Numbered from the stretch's first letter, positions 41,810-55,939 are shown. The stretch is DNA of 64,000 bases from the human T2T-CHM13v2.0 reference genome, Homo sapiens (GCF_009914755.1 NC_060941.1), one strand, 5' to 3'. Translations and numbers: made by a program. Notes: generated by a model from the sequence alone, not told the origin.

Positions 41810-44140
41810 TCATCAACATGGTTGACTAGAGGCACCCAGCACTCGCCTCTTCTATAAAGAAAGAAACAACAACCAGGTCACCACATGTGGAACAGTCTAA
41901 GGGACAAAACTGGAGTTTAGCAAAGTAACACAGACCTTCTGAGGCCCAGCGACTCAGGATGGCAGCATAGAGAGGGGAAGCAAGGCATCTGGCTGGGATC
42001 AGCTCAGAGCTGGGAAGAATTTCTCATTGCAGGAAAAGGTAAGAGGTGATCTGTTGAAGTACGCATTCTCACTACAAACTCCTGCAATCCTAGCTGCAAG
42101 ACAGCCCACAGCCCCTGCAGACCCTGAGCCCAGTGGGGGAACTGCCTGGAGACCACATGACTGCATTGATCCAGAGAGGAATTGGTTTTCCCAACCCCCA
42201 GGACTCAGGCTGCCACATAGCATGTCACAATTTTGAGAATGAAGCTACCATCAGACTGCATTCTGCCCTGGGACTCAATAGCCTCTGCATCTCCACACTC
42301 CTGGGACCCTAGGGACATCCCACCACACAAAGGGCTAAAATTTTACAACACCAGCTGAACTCACCTGTGCAGCCATGTCCCCTTTCTTGTGCCCACACAG
42401 CACATTGCATTTTGGGCACAAGCAGTCTCACACAGCGGGTATTTTGCCCCTAGGCCAGAGGCAGTTCATGTGCATGCTCCTCTTAACCTGAAAGCTGCCT
42501 GCCCAGGCCCGGTCACCAATGCTGAGAATTTCACTTCCTCTAGCAGTAAGGCTTGCTGGCACTCTCCAGGGGCCATAAGACTGGCCTGCCTGTTCACCCC
42601 AGAACAAAACCCCGTCACACTCATGTGTGCCCCACAGTGTCCCAAAGACTGGCATACCCAGAGCATACCACCACTGTTAGTGATCTTGACCCCTTCAGTG
42701 CTGAAGCAGCTGTGTGTCCATGTGTAGGCTTCAGGGCTCCAAGGTCTAGCCAAATAAGGCCTGCTGCCACCAACATTTCCACCCTTGCTAGTAATGGAGC
42801 TTCCATGAACCTGTGGCACTCCTTCCCTAACCCCCAACAAAGCCTCACCACAGCCTCTTCAAACAGCTGCAGCCTCGGCCACTGAGTCACTAGCAGACAC
42901 TGCCAACATTGATTACAGATGAGGAAATCATAAGGAAACTACACACTACATCCACCCAGAACCAAACCCAAAGCACTCTACCCAGCAGACGCTATAGGAC
43001 ATGTCTATAGGAGAAAGTCTTCCCTTAAAGAGCTACTCCATAAAATTGGAAGAAGTGACAATTCCACAAACTACACAAATATCAATGTAGGAATATACAA
43101 GGAACTCAACGCAATAGAAAACAATAACAAAAATCTGATTAAAAGATAGACAAAGGATCTGAATAGACTTTTCTCAAAAGAAGACATGCAGTGGCCAACA
43201 AGTATATGAGAAATGTTCAACATCATTCATCATCAGGGAAATGAAAATCAAAACCACAACAAGATATCAACTCACCCCAGTTAAAATAAATATTACAACT
43301 ATTATCAAAAAGAAAAAAAAATGACAGATGCTGGCAAGGATGCAGAGAAAAGGGAACTCTTAAATGCTGTTCTTGAGAGTGTAAATTATTACAGCCATTA
43401 TAATGAACGGTATGGAAGTTCCTCAAAAACTAAAAATAGAACCACTTGGTATTCGTCCAAAGGAGCTAAAATCACTGTATCACTAGGTATTTATCCAAAA
43501 GAATGGAAGTCAGTATACCAAAGAGCACCGCCATGTTTATTGCAGTACTATTCACAATAGCCAAAATACGGAATCAACCTGTGTCCATCAACAGATGCAT
43601 GAAGAAAATGTAGTATGTATGCGCAATGCATTACTATTTAGCTATAAAAACGAATGAAATCCTGTCATTTAAAGCAACGTAAATGAGCCTGGGGGACTTT
43701 ATTTTAAGGAAAATAAGTCAGACACAGAAAGATAAATACCACATGTTATCACTCCTATGTAGGAGGTATAAAAGTTGATCTCATAGAAGTAGAGAGTAAA
43801 CTGTGGCTATTAGGGGCTTGGAAGTGCACAGGAGAGAGGAGGATAGAGATTGGTTAAGAGATACAGAATTACATCTAGATGGGAGGAGTAAGTTCTAATG
43901 TTCTATAGCACCATAGGGTGAATATAGTTAACAATAATTTATTGTTTGGTTTCAAATAGCTAGAAGAAAGAATTTTGAATTCTCCAAACACAAATAAATG
44001 ATATTTAAGGTGACAGGTATACTAACTACCCTGATTTGGTTATTTTACATTATATATATGTATCAAAATAGCACTCTGTACCCCATAAATATATATATAA
44101 TTGTTATACATTAATTAAAAATAAAATTTAATAAACATAA
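41810..44140 (+). mobile_element. L1MA (MA4-7-like) with 5' UTR joined to ORF2 C-terminus/3' UTR (large internal deletion)
   Basis: L1M2-type 5' UTR (caacatggttgactagaggcacc…ctcctgcaatcctagc) to ~43090, then gaatatacaaggaactcaa… through an L1MA 3' UTR and A-rich tail. Confidence 0.85.
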
Positions 44141-45609
44141 AATGAATGTTCCAGAATCCCATGGACTCTTGCTACTTCATACCACTACGTAGCTTAATGT
44201 TCAAATACTTTAGCTACTAAACAGCTAAGAAAATTCTTGAGGAATGATACAGTTATATTGGCACTTTGCTGTATAGCCATTTCTGTTACTACAAATGTGA
44301 AAACTTTGTATGGTTCAAATCATATTTCCCAAAGTATAAATATTTGATATAATGTGGCGTGGTCTATTAAAACATTGCCAGCCCTGTCTGTAATAGAGGT
44401 TAAAGAGGTTAAAGCAGACCCTGTATCATGTCTATAAAATAATGAGTTAACATATCTAAGCATAACTGCCTTCCACTGTCTAATCACTGTCTTTATGTAA
44501 CTTATGTACCCCAAGTTTGACTTTTTTTAAAAAACAAGGAAACACTACTGAGAGGTGTTGAGTACATTGCATCATTCAGGGCATTATGCTGAAAAATAAA
44601 TAAATTTACTTTTAGGTTGTCTGCTGTAATTAATAATCATTTCCTTCACATATTTAGGCAAAAAAAACTGTTCAAGCATCAATAAGATATATAATTCTAT
44701 GCTGTGCAAATAGGTGCACCCTATATTCTTTAAATCTAGTTTATACCAACATGAAATTGATTTTTTAAGTTTTTTTCTGATGATAATAAATTTACCACAT
44801 ATAAGGCTATCAAAGCATAAAGGTTAATGAATATAAAAATACACATTCTGATAAACGTTTGTATTCAAGTATAATGCTTTCATTAATTCTTACATTTTAA
44901 TTAAATAGTATTGTGGGACAGAGAATAGAGCAGGTGATTCTATTAACAGTTTGGGTCTTTGAAGACACACTTGCAGATCAAGCAAAAAATTAGGAATCTT
45001 TGCCTGAATGGACACGACTTAAAAATCTGTCAGTTTTCCAGAAACAAATACGATGAGTTTTGGTTAGATGTTTCACTGACCACCCAGACCAAAGGCATTT
45101 ATACAAATCTGAGATACACCCATCCATTAAAAGGCCACAAAACAAAATGCCAACTAGCACATCCCAGTTAGCGTGGATACAGCCGTGTCCTAGAAATTAT
45201 TAAATGAATCATCTATTCCTGCTTTTGTGAATGAGCTATTCTATGTCTCAGTTGCTCCTATTCTTAAAATAGAGACAAGCTGGTTCTTGGGCTGGTTATG
45301 GATTCTATTCTCTGCCCTTTTTTCCTTCTGCACCTGGGGACTAAGCTTGCAGTGTTGTCTTACCTGGGCTTCTTGGTGCTTGAGCTTCCCCATGGTTTTG
45401 ACGAAGGGAAGCACTGAAAGGAGAAAAGAAAGCAGGAGAGAAGGGTTCTATGTCCCCAGTATGTCACCAATGGGCTGCCGTATTGGCAGTATCTATGTCC
45501 CTCTACCTATGGCCACAGCTCCTAAAGGGCAGCCCCTCTGCCATGGCTACAGCTCTCACTTGGAGCAAGTAATGCCTTTCTCTTGCTTTGCCCTTTTGCT
45601 CAGGGATGC

Positions 45610-46053
45610 TGTGTTAGTCAGGATTCTCTAGAAGGACAGAACTAATAGGATGGATCTATATATATATATATGAGTTTATTAAGGAGTATTAACTCACACG
45701 ATCACAAGGTCCCACAATAGGCTGTTTGCAAGCTGAGGAGCAAGGAAACCACTCCCAAAGCTGAAGAACTTGGAGTCTGATGTTTGAGGGCAGGAAGCAT
45801 CTAGCATGGCGGAAAGTTGTAGGCTGGGAGGCTAAGCCAGTCTAGTCTTTTCACCTTCTTCTGCCTACTTTATATTCTAGCCTCTCTGGCAATTGATTAG
45901 ATGGTGCCCACCCAGATTAAGAGTGGGTCTGCCTTTCCAAGCCTACTGACTCAAATGTTATTCTCCTTTGGGGACACCCTCACAGACACACCCATGATCA
46001 ATACTTTGCATCCTTCAATCTAATCAAGTTGACACTCAGTATTAACCATCACG
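45610..46053 (-). mobile_element. MLT2A (HERVL) solo LTR
   Basis: tgtgttagtcagg…(TA)n…aagttgacactcagtattaaccatcac; 5-bp TSD gatgc. Confidence 0.92.
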
Positions 46054-46147
46054 GATGCCTAAGTGGTGTTCATCCACGGCCATTTCACCATCCTTGGTGG
46101 CTCCTTTCACTCTACCCACACCTCTAAAAACAGATGCCTGCTCTTAA

Positions 46148-46395
46148 TCAGTTCTGGTTATTATTACATGGTATCATAGACTAGGCGACTTAGAAATTTA
46201 TTTCTTGCAGTTCTGGAGGCTGGAAGTTCAAAATCAGGGTGACAGCAAGGTCAGATTTTGGTGAGGGCCCTCTTCTGGTGTGCAGACTGCCAATTCTCCT
46301 TGCATCTTCACATGGAGAAAAGAAGCTGAGAAAGCTCTCTGAGGTCCCTTTTATAAGGGTACGAATCTCATTCATGAGGGCTCCACCTCCGTAGC
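46148..46395 (-). mobile_element. MLT1A-like LTR fragment
   Basis: cagttctggaggctggaagt…cttttataaggg…ttcatgagggctccacc. Confidence 0.8.
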
Positions 46396-46578
46396 ACGCT
46401 TCTTTAATCTCTTCTCACTTAACCCTTTTGAGCTCATCATCACTTCCTTCAGAAATCTGCCTAAAAGGGTTATTACCCCCTCACGATCTATTACTACAGA
46501 TATGCAAATATCCACACAACTAATTTGCCTTTGGCAGTTTTTCATTGAGGATTAAATTTAAAACAAATAAAGAGATGT

Positions 46579-46919
<341 letters not shown>

Positions 46920-47129
46920 TTAGTTATAATGAAAGCAGTGTGTTGATGGGACTACTGTGTGTGATGTTATTTCGGGATGGTGGACAGCGTAGGTTCTACT
47001 TCTTAAGTTTTGAAGTCTGCCACTCAGGATTTTGGCTTCTCAATTATTCTAATAAAGCTATTAAAAAGTGAAAGGTCACAGAAGTCAGTAGCAAAGCACT
47101 ACCTGTATGCAGAAATGAAAAGGGAGAAT

Positions 47130-47320
47130 TGATGTTTATTGAGTTTGTTTCAAATGATAACCAGTGTATCAGTCACTGAGAAGTGTTATTTTATATAATT
47201 TTGTATTTTTTCACAAGCTTATCAAGTATTTATTAATGAACCCATATTACAAATGAGCAAGTTGAATCTTGAAAAAATTAAACCACTGATAGCTGATGCC
47301 CATCAGAGGTAATGCCATCT
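47130..47320 (-). mobile_element. MIR
   Basis: tttattgag…cccatattacaaatgagcaagttga. Confidence 0.55.
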
Positions 47321-49220
47321 GGTTCCCTTTGCCATGGGCTAGTATCTACTTAGTTTGCTACAGCCTCTGGTAATCAGACTATATGCCATGTCCTCAATCC
47401 TCGAAGCTTGGAAATCTTAGCTATGAGGTTCTCTTGGCCGTATTCCCCTAGGTCTCCATTATTGCATTCACGATGGGCTATAAACTTTCTAGAGTAGGTC
47501 TCTTCATAAACATGCTAGGATGCAAAGCTGTGGGTTCCTCTGTTCTAAATCACAGAATTTCAATATGACTCTCAGCCCAAGGAGGCCGAGGGTAGCGGGA
47601 CACTTTTCAGAGAATGAGTGCAGAGAAAACAAGCATATCTTCCTAGATTCTCCTCAACTCGGTCAGAGTTTTCATTTGGAGGAAACATTGTCACGTATTT
47701 TTCTATGTAAGAACAATGCTAGCTTTTGCTCTTGATTTGTATAGAAAAGTTAAAAGTTTTTTTTTCTCTCTCTCTCAGGATCAATACTCTTGAAAGTCAA
47801 CAGCATCTTTAGCTTATTGACACTGCTAATATTATATGATATTGTTTGAAATGTAAAACTTAGCAAGCATTTCTTCATTCTAGGAAGCATTTGACTCTTG
47901 TTTTGAAGCTATTAAAGCCATCATATTAGTGAATCACAAACAGCTAAGGACCACTAAAAATTACCTGGAAGAAATGCATTATTTATTGTTTCAAAATATC
48001 CTCTCTATACCTACACAAGTCTGTGACCATGTCTATATCTACTTCACATATGTCTATATTTCTTTTGGTATCGTATCCATGTGTGCATAAATCATATCTA
48101 TGTATCTATAAAATGGAGAGCTAGTGAATGGATTGCAAACTTATTGGGAATAGCAGTACAATAATAAATTTTCTGGTGGAAATACACCAAATACGATTAC
48201 ATCAGAATTTTCAGCTTCCAAAGACCCTGAGAGCATCATATGGTAATAATGCTTGTCAATGTTGCAAATGATACAGATTTTCAGATGATGGCCATATAAA
48301 CCAGTTTCATTAAAAGTTAAATTGATTTGCTAGTTTTTCATAAAATTAACCTTTCTATTCACAGTAAGATATTAAAACAAAACACTATTTTAGATATTTT
48401 GCCAGCTAGAAGTACAATTTCAATGTGATTTGAGCTATTAAATACCAAAAGAATTGTGATGCATAAAAACCAATGGCGAAAGGGTCGATAGTTTTGTAGC
48501 ATAACATTTGTCATTATCGTAAGATTATATAAAATCTTAGTGTATGTTTTGTTCTTATTACATTAGTCACTCATCCCATTGCTAAAAGTAAAATGGTTAC
48601 AAATGGGCTTCATCAAATATACCTCCTATTATCTTCAGTCTCTACCTTTACAAAGGCTGATTTAACCGATCAATTTGTAATTTTTACATTATTAAGAACA
48701 TATTGTCTTCATACCGTTGAGAAAAGCATCTGTATATCATGTTCTCATTCCAGAAACATTGCCTCTGGCCAAAGCTTTCTTCTTAACAACATAAAAAGTA
48801 AAAAATGCAGAAAACAGCTAGTCCCAGAAAATTTGGTTTAAATGTCTAGCATTCCTTTAATAGAAATTGTAGGTAGAATTTCATCTGTGTTAGTCAGGGT
48901 TTTAGAATAGCAGGTAGTATGTGGATAACTGTCAGGTTTTCTATGAGTAATTCAATTGATGTGGAATAAATTTGGTTATGGTTTTGTCTGCTTGGTATTT
49001 CGAGGTTTTTCATTTTTTCCATTGTGGAGATGGGCCCAAATCTAAAAATCATTTGTTGTGGCAATTTTCCCCCATTGATGAACTAACCCCTGTGTCTTCC
49101 TCATGTCCTGCTTTAAAAACCGACCATAGATTATGGTTATACATGATGAATGCATTCATGTTTTCTTCCTCCCAAAACTCCACAAATAACAGTAAATGAA
49201 TAAAAAAGACATGAATCCAA

Positions 49221-49425
49221 GTGGCCAGCCTACAAGATGGTTTCCAATGATCTCTACCTCCTGGTATTCACAACCTGTATATTTCCCCCACATTGTACAA
49301 GATTCATAATAATCTACTCTGTTTGACCCATATATGGCAGAAGTGGTGGTATATCACTTCTGATATTGGGTTATAAAAGAATATGGGTTCCATCTCGTTC
49401 TCTCCCTCTCTCCCTCACTCTCTGT
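49221..49425 (+). mobile_element. MLT1E/F-like LTR 5' fragment
   Basis: aagatggtttccaatgatctctacctcctggtattcac…atggcagaagtg…tcacttc. Confidence 0.75.
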
Positions 49426-51464
49426 CAAGGTGGTCAAGGTGGCTAATAAATACCTACAAATGAAAACTCAGATAAATAGTTTATTGATACCCAATAATGT
49501 TTTTCTTTTTTTTCAAAATGCTAAATATCCTATTTATAGTAAATTACCTCTTTCCTTGCTCAATTACATTTAATTATTATTTATAGTTTCATTTTCTTTT
49601 AAATTATTTTTCTGATTTAGTCAATATACCACTTTTCTTTAAAACTTAAGCAGGCACTGGTTGTTTTCTGGTTTTGCCACCCATGTGTTGAACACGACTG
49701 TTCAGGGTCTAGCCATATTTGCTAAGGTCTAGTTTTTCATCAGCCAAGTGGTCAGAGTTATTTTCATATTGGGGAAAATGTTAGAATATACAACATGTGA
49801 TGCAAAACATCCCTTCCACTCACTTATTTATCTATTTTTTCTTCCCTAAAGTATAGTACATGCCTAATGCCATCTCACATGTATTAATTTAATGAAATGC
49901 CTCTTTATAAGAATTTCTTGCTAATGATAGGATTTGAGTTGTGGCAGGCAATATTTAGGATATTTATTTTTAAACAGGGATGTTGTGTGTATTTATGGGC
50001 AAATGATCCCATTTCCCTTACAGAGTCAAGGACATTTTTAAAGGTTATTTTCTTGTAAGTAAAAGCTTCTTCCTGAGTGTAGAGCCATTAAAAGTGAATC
50101 TAATTTCAACTCACATTTAATGTATCAAATATTTGCATTCATAATAATCTACTTTGTTTAACCAAAGGCTGGTAGTGTGGTTGGAATTCTATAAGCTGTG
50201 CATAGGGTGAAGAAAAAATATTTACAAAAATCATTTGATGTGTTTTTATTAAAATAAAGTTTAGTCATTTAAAAAGCTAGAGCAGTAGTTTATTAAAATA
50301 GTATAAGGACCAGTGACAGTGACAAAGTGTATATTCCTGCCTTGTCTCTAAGGAAAGCACAATTAATCCTTCAGAAGAGATTTATTAACCCAGATGATGA
50401 TTTCACAATGTGGATTCCACCTGATGTACCTTTGAGTTAATATGTGTTGAATTCTGACCTTGGAGACACTACCTCATAAGGAGTAGACCAACTGTGTGTA
50501 AGTGACAAAAGAGTCTCTGAATGTTTTACTGGGAATGACTGCCATGGGCAGAGTAAGCCATAATGTTAAGGTCACTGATGAGACACTGACTTGGCTAACC
50601 TTCCCCCAACTTAACCAAGCGTGAAAGCAGATCTGCAGCCAAGTCTGTCATGGTGGGTGAAGGAAATTTGGAGAAGGCTTCCCTCCACAGTTGGCTTTGA
50701 ATGAGCAACAGTTGGTTAGCGCATTGTGTTTATGAGAATAAAACCATGGGCACCATCCCAGCTCAGCCCAGTTAACATCATTTATTTCCATGACCACCAA
50801 GTACACCACTCACCTTGCCAACAATATTATAAATGTTCACATTTGGTTTCCAGGACAATTGGGCAAAAAGCATCTCAGCCTAAGTATCCTCCACACTGTA
50901 GATAAAAGAGCCGTAGATGGCATGGATCTGCTATATCATATTTGCATTTATCTACTACATATGAACTTTTCTTACCTGAAACATACAAATGCTGAATTTT
51001 ATAATTGAAATTGAACTTGGATGAGAATGGCACATAAATTGGCAAAGAAATATTATAGGTAAATAGATGGATTTTTTACCACAGTCACTCATAAAAGAGT
51101 TCCTGGAATTTAGCATATAAAATCCTACTTTCTGCTTGCTTAGCTTTTCCAATTAATGTACAGCTGAGCTATGGTGTGTAGGAGAATTTAAATTATCTAG
51201 TGAAGGTCAGTATCTCCGTAGTCTTCATTTTCAGAAGTGAAATGATTTCATTTATGGGAGTCATATTCCAAGTCTTGTCTTTTCTCTATTTTCCTGATAT
51301 TTAAAACATAAAGTGAATGTAAGTGATAAAGCTTGTTGATACTTAGGTTCCCTTTTAATTAAGGAAATAGCAACTTGCAAACTGTAAAGTAACTTTAGGA
51401 GTTATGTGGAAGTGCATGTGAGTTGGGGAAAACAGCTGTTCCTTCTAGTTTATTTGCTGATAAA

Positions 51465-51860
51465 TAATGAGGATAGAGATGGTAGCGAAGGAGCTGTTGA
51501 GGCAGTGGTGATTGGAGGTGATAGTGGAAATGATGGTGATGGGGGTATTGATGCTTAAAGGGGAGATGGAGGTGATGGTAGTGATTGTGAAAATGGCAGT
51601 GGGAGTGAAAATAAGGGAGAGGATTGTGGGGTTGTGTATAAAGCAGATGGTTGTCTAAGTCCTGATGATACCATTAGAGGTGGAGATGGTGGTGGTAGAG
51701 GTGGTAGTGGGGGAAGTTATGGTGATATCGTTTTTGGAGGTGGAAATATTGATGGCATATTAGTAATTATGGAGGATTCCTTGATGATGGAGGTAGTGGT
51801 GGAGGTGGAGATAATATTAGAGGTGGAGGTGGAGGTATTTGAGTTGGATGTGGTGGAAGA
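51465..51860. repeat. Degenerate (GGT/GAT/GGA)n low-complexity tract
   Basis: Direct reading. Confidence 0.85.
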
Positions 51861-51930
51861 GCTCAGTTGCTATCTTTTCTTAAAAGTCTTTTTTCCATGT
51901 GCAAAAGAGGAAAAGAAAAATGATACTTAA

Positions 51931-51972
51931 ATATATATATATAGATATCTATATATATATATATAGATATAG

Positions 51973-52009
<37 letters not shown>

Positions 52010-52010
52010 T
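51931..52010. repeat. (TA)n/(CA)n microsatellite containing a perfect 32-bp palindrome (51931-51962)
   Basis: atatatatatatagat|atctatatatatatat. Confidence 0.9.
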
Positions 52011-52019
52011 ACATGCACA

Positions 52020-52593
52020 TGACTAGTTTTCTATTGCTGCTGTTACAGGTTACCACAGACTTAACAGCTTAAAAAATCATCTCACATATCTGGCATTCAG
52101 AAGTCTGGATTGGCTCAGCAGGCTTCTCTGTTCCAGATTTCACAAGAACACAATCAAGGTGTCAATTGCCAGGGTTCTGATGGAGGTGCTTTGGGAAGAA
52201 TGTTTTTCCAAGCTCATCCAGGCCATTGATCAAATGTAGTTTGGTAGGATTGCAGTTCCCATTTCCTTGCTGACTGTCAGCAGGGGCTGGTCTTTCTTCT
52301 CATGTTCTCTAAGTAAACCCCATTTAGTAATGAGGGGTCTGTCAAATGCTTATCATACTTCTGATCTCCCTGCCACATCTCTCTGAGTGACTTTTCTGCT
52401 TTAAAGGGGACTCATACTACTATTGGACACCCAGATAACCTATAATTATCACCCTACTTTAAAATCAGCTGATTAGTAACCTTAATTACATTTACAAACT
52501 TCTTCATAGCAGTACCTAGCTTAGGTTAGTGTTTGGTTGAATAACAGGAGATGGGAAACTTGGGGGTTCATCTTTAAAATTCTGCTATATACA
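52020..52593 (-). mobile_element. MLT1E-like LTR
   Basis: tagttttctattgctgctgtta…ttccaagctcat…ctgattagtaaccttaattaca…aaattctgc. Confidence 0.82.
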
Positions 52594-53286
52594 TGAAATC
52601 TCAAGTATCTGCTCTCAGTTTAATGTACCTTCAATTTGCAAAATTGATGAGACATTGAATGATCTAAATTTTCAACAAAGACTCAGACATTACCTTCTAA
52701 ATGGTCTCCCTAGTTGCAGTTACAAAGTAATATAGTCAACAATCTCTCCTGATTTCTATTCACCTAGTATCTACCTGTAGGATCATTATTCCTAAGGATT
52801 TAATTTCAGCATTACATGCTTGTGGTCATAAATCTTCACAATGTATTTGTCCTTTTCTGATTTCCTGTAGGACTTTTGAAACAAGAATATGCATATTTGT
52901 ATTATTATCTATAGTGCAGATATATTTGTCATGTCATATGGATTCTAATTTTCTAGGAAGTGGAATCACATTTTATATTTTTTTCATTTTTTACTGAAGA
53001 GGAGAAAAGGAGGCATTGTTGTCTTAATAGCATTATTAGTATAATATTTCAATATCATATTTAAAATTTATGTGTATCTCATTTAAAATTAAGACAAATA
53101 ACAGTAAATATAAAATCTATAGACAGTGCAGAAGAAAGAAGTTAAACAACAAATAAGACTAGTGTCACAGCAAACAAACAAGGAAAAACAATTCAAAACT
53201 GAAAGCCCTACCAACTTCCTTATGTTTGCTTATCAATTTGTCTCCATGAAAACAAAGCACTACTTTTTACATCTTCTTCTGAGTGA

Positions 53287-53846
53287 TGACAGTGCCTTCC
53301 AAAGACCACCAGAAGCACAGCTGTAGTTAAATTAGTTAGATTTACTTTTGGTTGCAAAAAGGGAGAACATGCACCATGGGGATCTGAGGATGTCTTCAAA
53401 AGAGGGTTTTAGAGAGAACGTGATACAGAATTTACACTTTGGTTGGGTAATTTGGGAGAGGATCTAAGAAATGAGTTTGCTCTAAGTTTAATGCTTCCAG
53501 AAAGCAGGACAATTTTAAGACTATCTCAAAGAATCTTACCCATACAAAGAGGGGACTAAAACAAAGATAAAGCTATAGTTGGTAAAGTAGCAGCCTATCA
53601 TTTAGGTGAGAGAGAGACGTTTGGTATTTTGTGGGTGGCACTGTGATTTTCTTTTATTTTTTAATTGGTTCTTAGGCAAAATTATGAAGTAGCCTTGTTT
53701 TATCTCTTTTGTCATAGACTCAGGATAACCTTGTCTAAGTCTGGTATTTTGTGAGATCAGTTAAGCTAGATATAGTGGCATGGCCTAGGATGGGTATTAT
53801 GCCAACTTTCAAATGTCAGGATGGTCTTTTTCGATTTTCTTTCTCA
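53287..53846 (-). mobile_element. MER67-like ERV1 LTR
   Basis: tgac…caaagaccacc…caccatgggga…ttggtaaagtagcagc…tttctttctca. Confidence 0.75.
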
Positions 53847-54607
53847 GTGGTGTGCTAGACTTCAGTAGTGGCTTTATTTCTGTGCACATTAAACAGTTTT
53901 TTTGTTGTTATAATAAAATAGTTCTTAACATAAATTGAATTAATTGATCTTAATTCCAAAGTACTATTTATAAATATAATCATGATGGTAATGATGATGA
54001 TGATGACAATAATCATCATAGCACCAATGAATAGAAAGGAGAGGATATGAGATGGGAGATGAGGAAAGGGTGAGGAGAAGCCATCAGTGAGTGCTAACCA
54101 TGCTCCAAGGACTGCCCTATCTTATTTGGTATACAAGTACTATTTGAGGTAGATATTGTCTCAGATAAAGACACCAAGGGACAAAGAGTTAAATAATTTG
54201 AGGGAGATAGCCCATAAGAAGGGTGTGTTTGTGGGTGTTTTCGTGTTTTTCTACACCAACTAATTCTCCAATTGTCCAGACACCAGCTGAGTGTCTTGCA
54301 ATCAATTCAATTCTGACATTATCTACTTGGGGTTAGTGTTGAATTCTACAAAGTGAAGGGCTCAGTCTTACTTTAAGACTGTCTCCCACTTCACGTGCCA
54401 AGCGCTAGTCCAGGCCTCCCATATTTCTGAACAACTGGATCCAAATAGTGAATTTCCATGACCCTCTCTTCAGGTTCAGAATTTGCTAATCTGACTCACA
54501 GAACTCAGACAAACATTTAACTGTGCTTGCTGGTTTATTATAAAGGATACGGTAACAGATAAACAGCCAGGTGGAAGTACATAGGGAGAAGTTCAGCAGG
54601 ATCCCTG

Positions 54608-55322
54608 TATGACAGATGCACCTGACAGCGGTAACTTATAGAATGACCCTATATGGCAAATGCACTTGAATATGTGTTTGGAGTTCCAAGCTATGGAATC
54701 CAGGAGCAGCAAACCTGGAGATTTATTTCTTATCTATGAGGAGCATCTGAACCCTCAGCCCATCTTGTGGAACATGGGTCATACAGGAAGTTGAGACCCT
54801 TTGTTTGGGGTTAAATGAAGGCTACCAGGTAGAGATTGTTATGTAAACTGCATGGTTTTAACAAGCAGTGGTGGTTCCCCTCTACTGCCTGCTGGCGCTG
54901 GACCTCCCTGTATGCAAGTTCCCCTCAATAAATTCTGTGTCTTGTTTGCTGGCTCTGGGTCTTTTTTTTTTTTTTTTTTTTGAAATAGTCTTGCTCTATC
55001 CCACAGGCTTGAGTGCAGTGGTGCAATCTCAGCTCACTGAAACCTCTGCTTCCTGGGTTCAAGCAATTCTTATGCCTCAGCCCCCCAAGTTGTTGGGATT
55101 ACAGGCGCTGGGCTAATTTTTGTATTTTTAGTAGAGATGGGGTTTCACCATGTTAACCAGGCTGATCTCGAACTCCTGACCTCAGGTGATCCACCCACCT
55201 TGGCCTCCCAAAGTACTGGGATTATAGCATGAGCCACCGCACCTGGCCTGCTCTGGGTCTCTTTTTCAGCCTCTTGAACCTTGTGGCATTCCTACTAGAG
55301 TTGACAGGGGTCTGTCATGACA
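54608..55322 (+). mobile_element. LTR47-like LTR, split by an Alu
   Basis: gatgcacctgacagc…caataaa…gctggctctgggtct…cctcttgaacc…gggtctgtcatgaca. Confidence 0.7.
54962..55248 (-). mobile_element. AluSx-like
   Basis: Antisense Alu; TSD gctctgggtct. Confidence 0.93.
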
Positions 55323-55776
55323 CCCAGTGCAGAAGTTTCTGTCCCTGTGGAGCTGGAATGTGCCAGCCTCCCAGCACATGGATGTGTTCACCAACCCAGA
55401 GGACCTTGTAACTCTGTGCTTTAGGGATTTTCATGGAGATTTCATCATGAAGGCAAGATGGATTATTTTAATTGTAGCTCCTTTCCCATTTCTGGAAGAT
55501 GAGGTGGGGGTGGAGCTGAAAGTTGCACAGATTCTGATCATGGCTTGATATTTCTGGTGACCAGCCCACATCCAGGAGCTATTCAGGAGCCCACCAAGAG
55601 GCACCTAATTAGAACAAAAGATGATCCTATCACCCAGAAACTTCCAAGGAATTTAGAAGCTCTGTGTCAGGAACCAAGGTCAAAGGCTGAATGTTAGAAA
55701 AAAAGATGTTCCTAGAATCTCTAGCACTCAGATTACAAGAGTTTAAGGAGCTCTGTGTCAGGAACTGGGGCCAGAT

Positions 55777-55938
55777 TCTCTCTCTCTCTCTCTCTCTCTC
55801 TGTCTGTCTCTATTCTTTGTTCTGTTCTCTCTCTCTCTCTCTCTCTCTCTGTCTGTCTCTATTCTTTGTTCTGTTGTCTCTCTCTCTCTCTCTCTATTCT
55901 CTTTGTTCTATTCTCTCTCTCTCTCTGTCTCTATTCTC
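55777..55938. repeat. (CT)n-based compound tandem repeat
   Basis: Repeating (ct)n-gtctgtctctattctttgttct units. Confidence 0.92.
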
Positions 55939-55939
55939 T

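Larger units (their letters stand above)
45280..46465 (+). mobile_element. LTR33-like ERVL LTR, interrupted by MLT2A and an MLT1A fragment
   Basis: ggccacagctcct…ggctacagctctc…; ctacccacacctct…; aacccttttgag end. Confidence 0.6.
54225..55775 (-). mobile_element. MER21 LTR, split by LTR47
   Basis: caattcaattctgaca…ctcacagaactcag…; gagctctgtgtcaggaac. Confidence 0.82.

Noticed and set aside
41999-42890. Cluster of overlapping 70-124 aa ORFs on both strands
   Set aside because: GC-rich L1 5' UTR has few stop codons; no recognisable protein.
47755-47780. Strong plus-strand splice acceptor
   Set aside because: No convincing downstream donor; pyrimidine tracts are common here.
51634-51930. Gly/Val/Glu-rich ORF
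   Set aside because: Product of the degenerate trinucleotide low-complexity tract.
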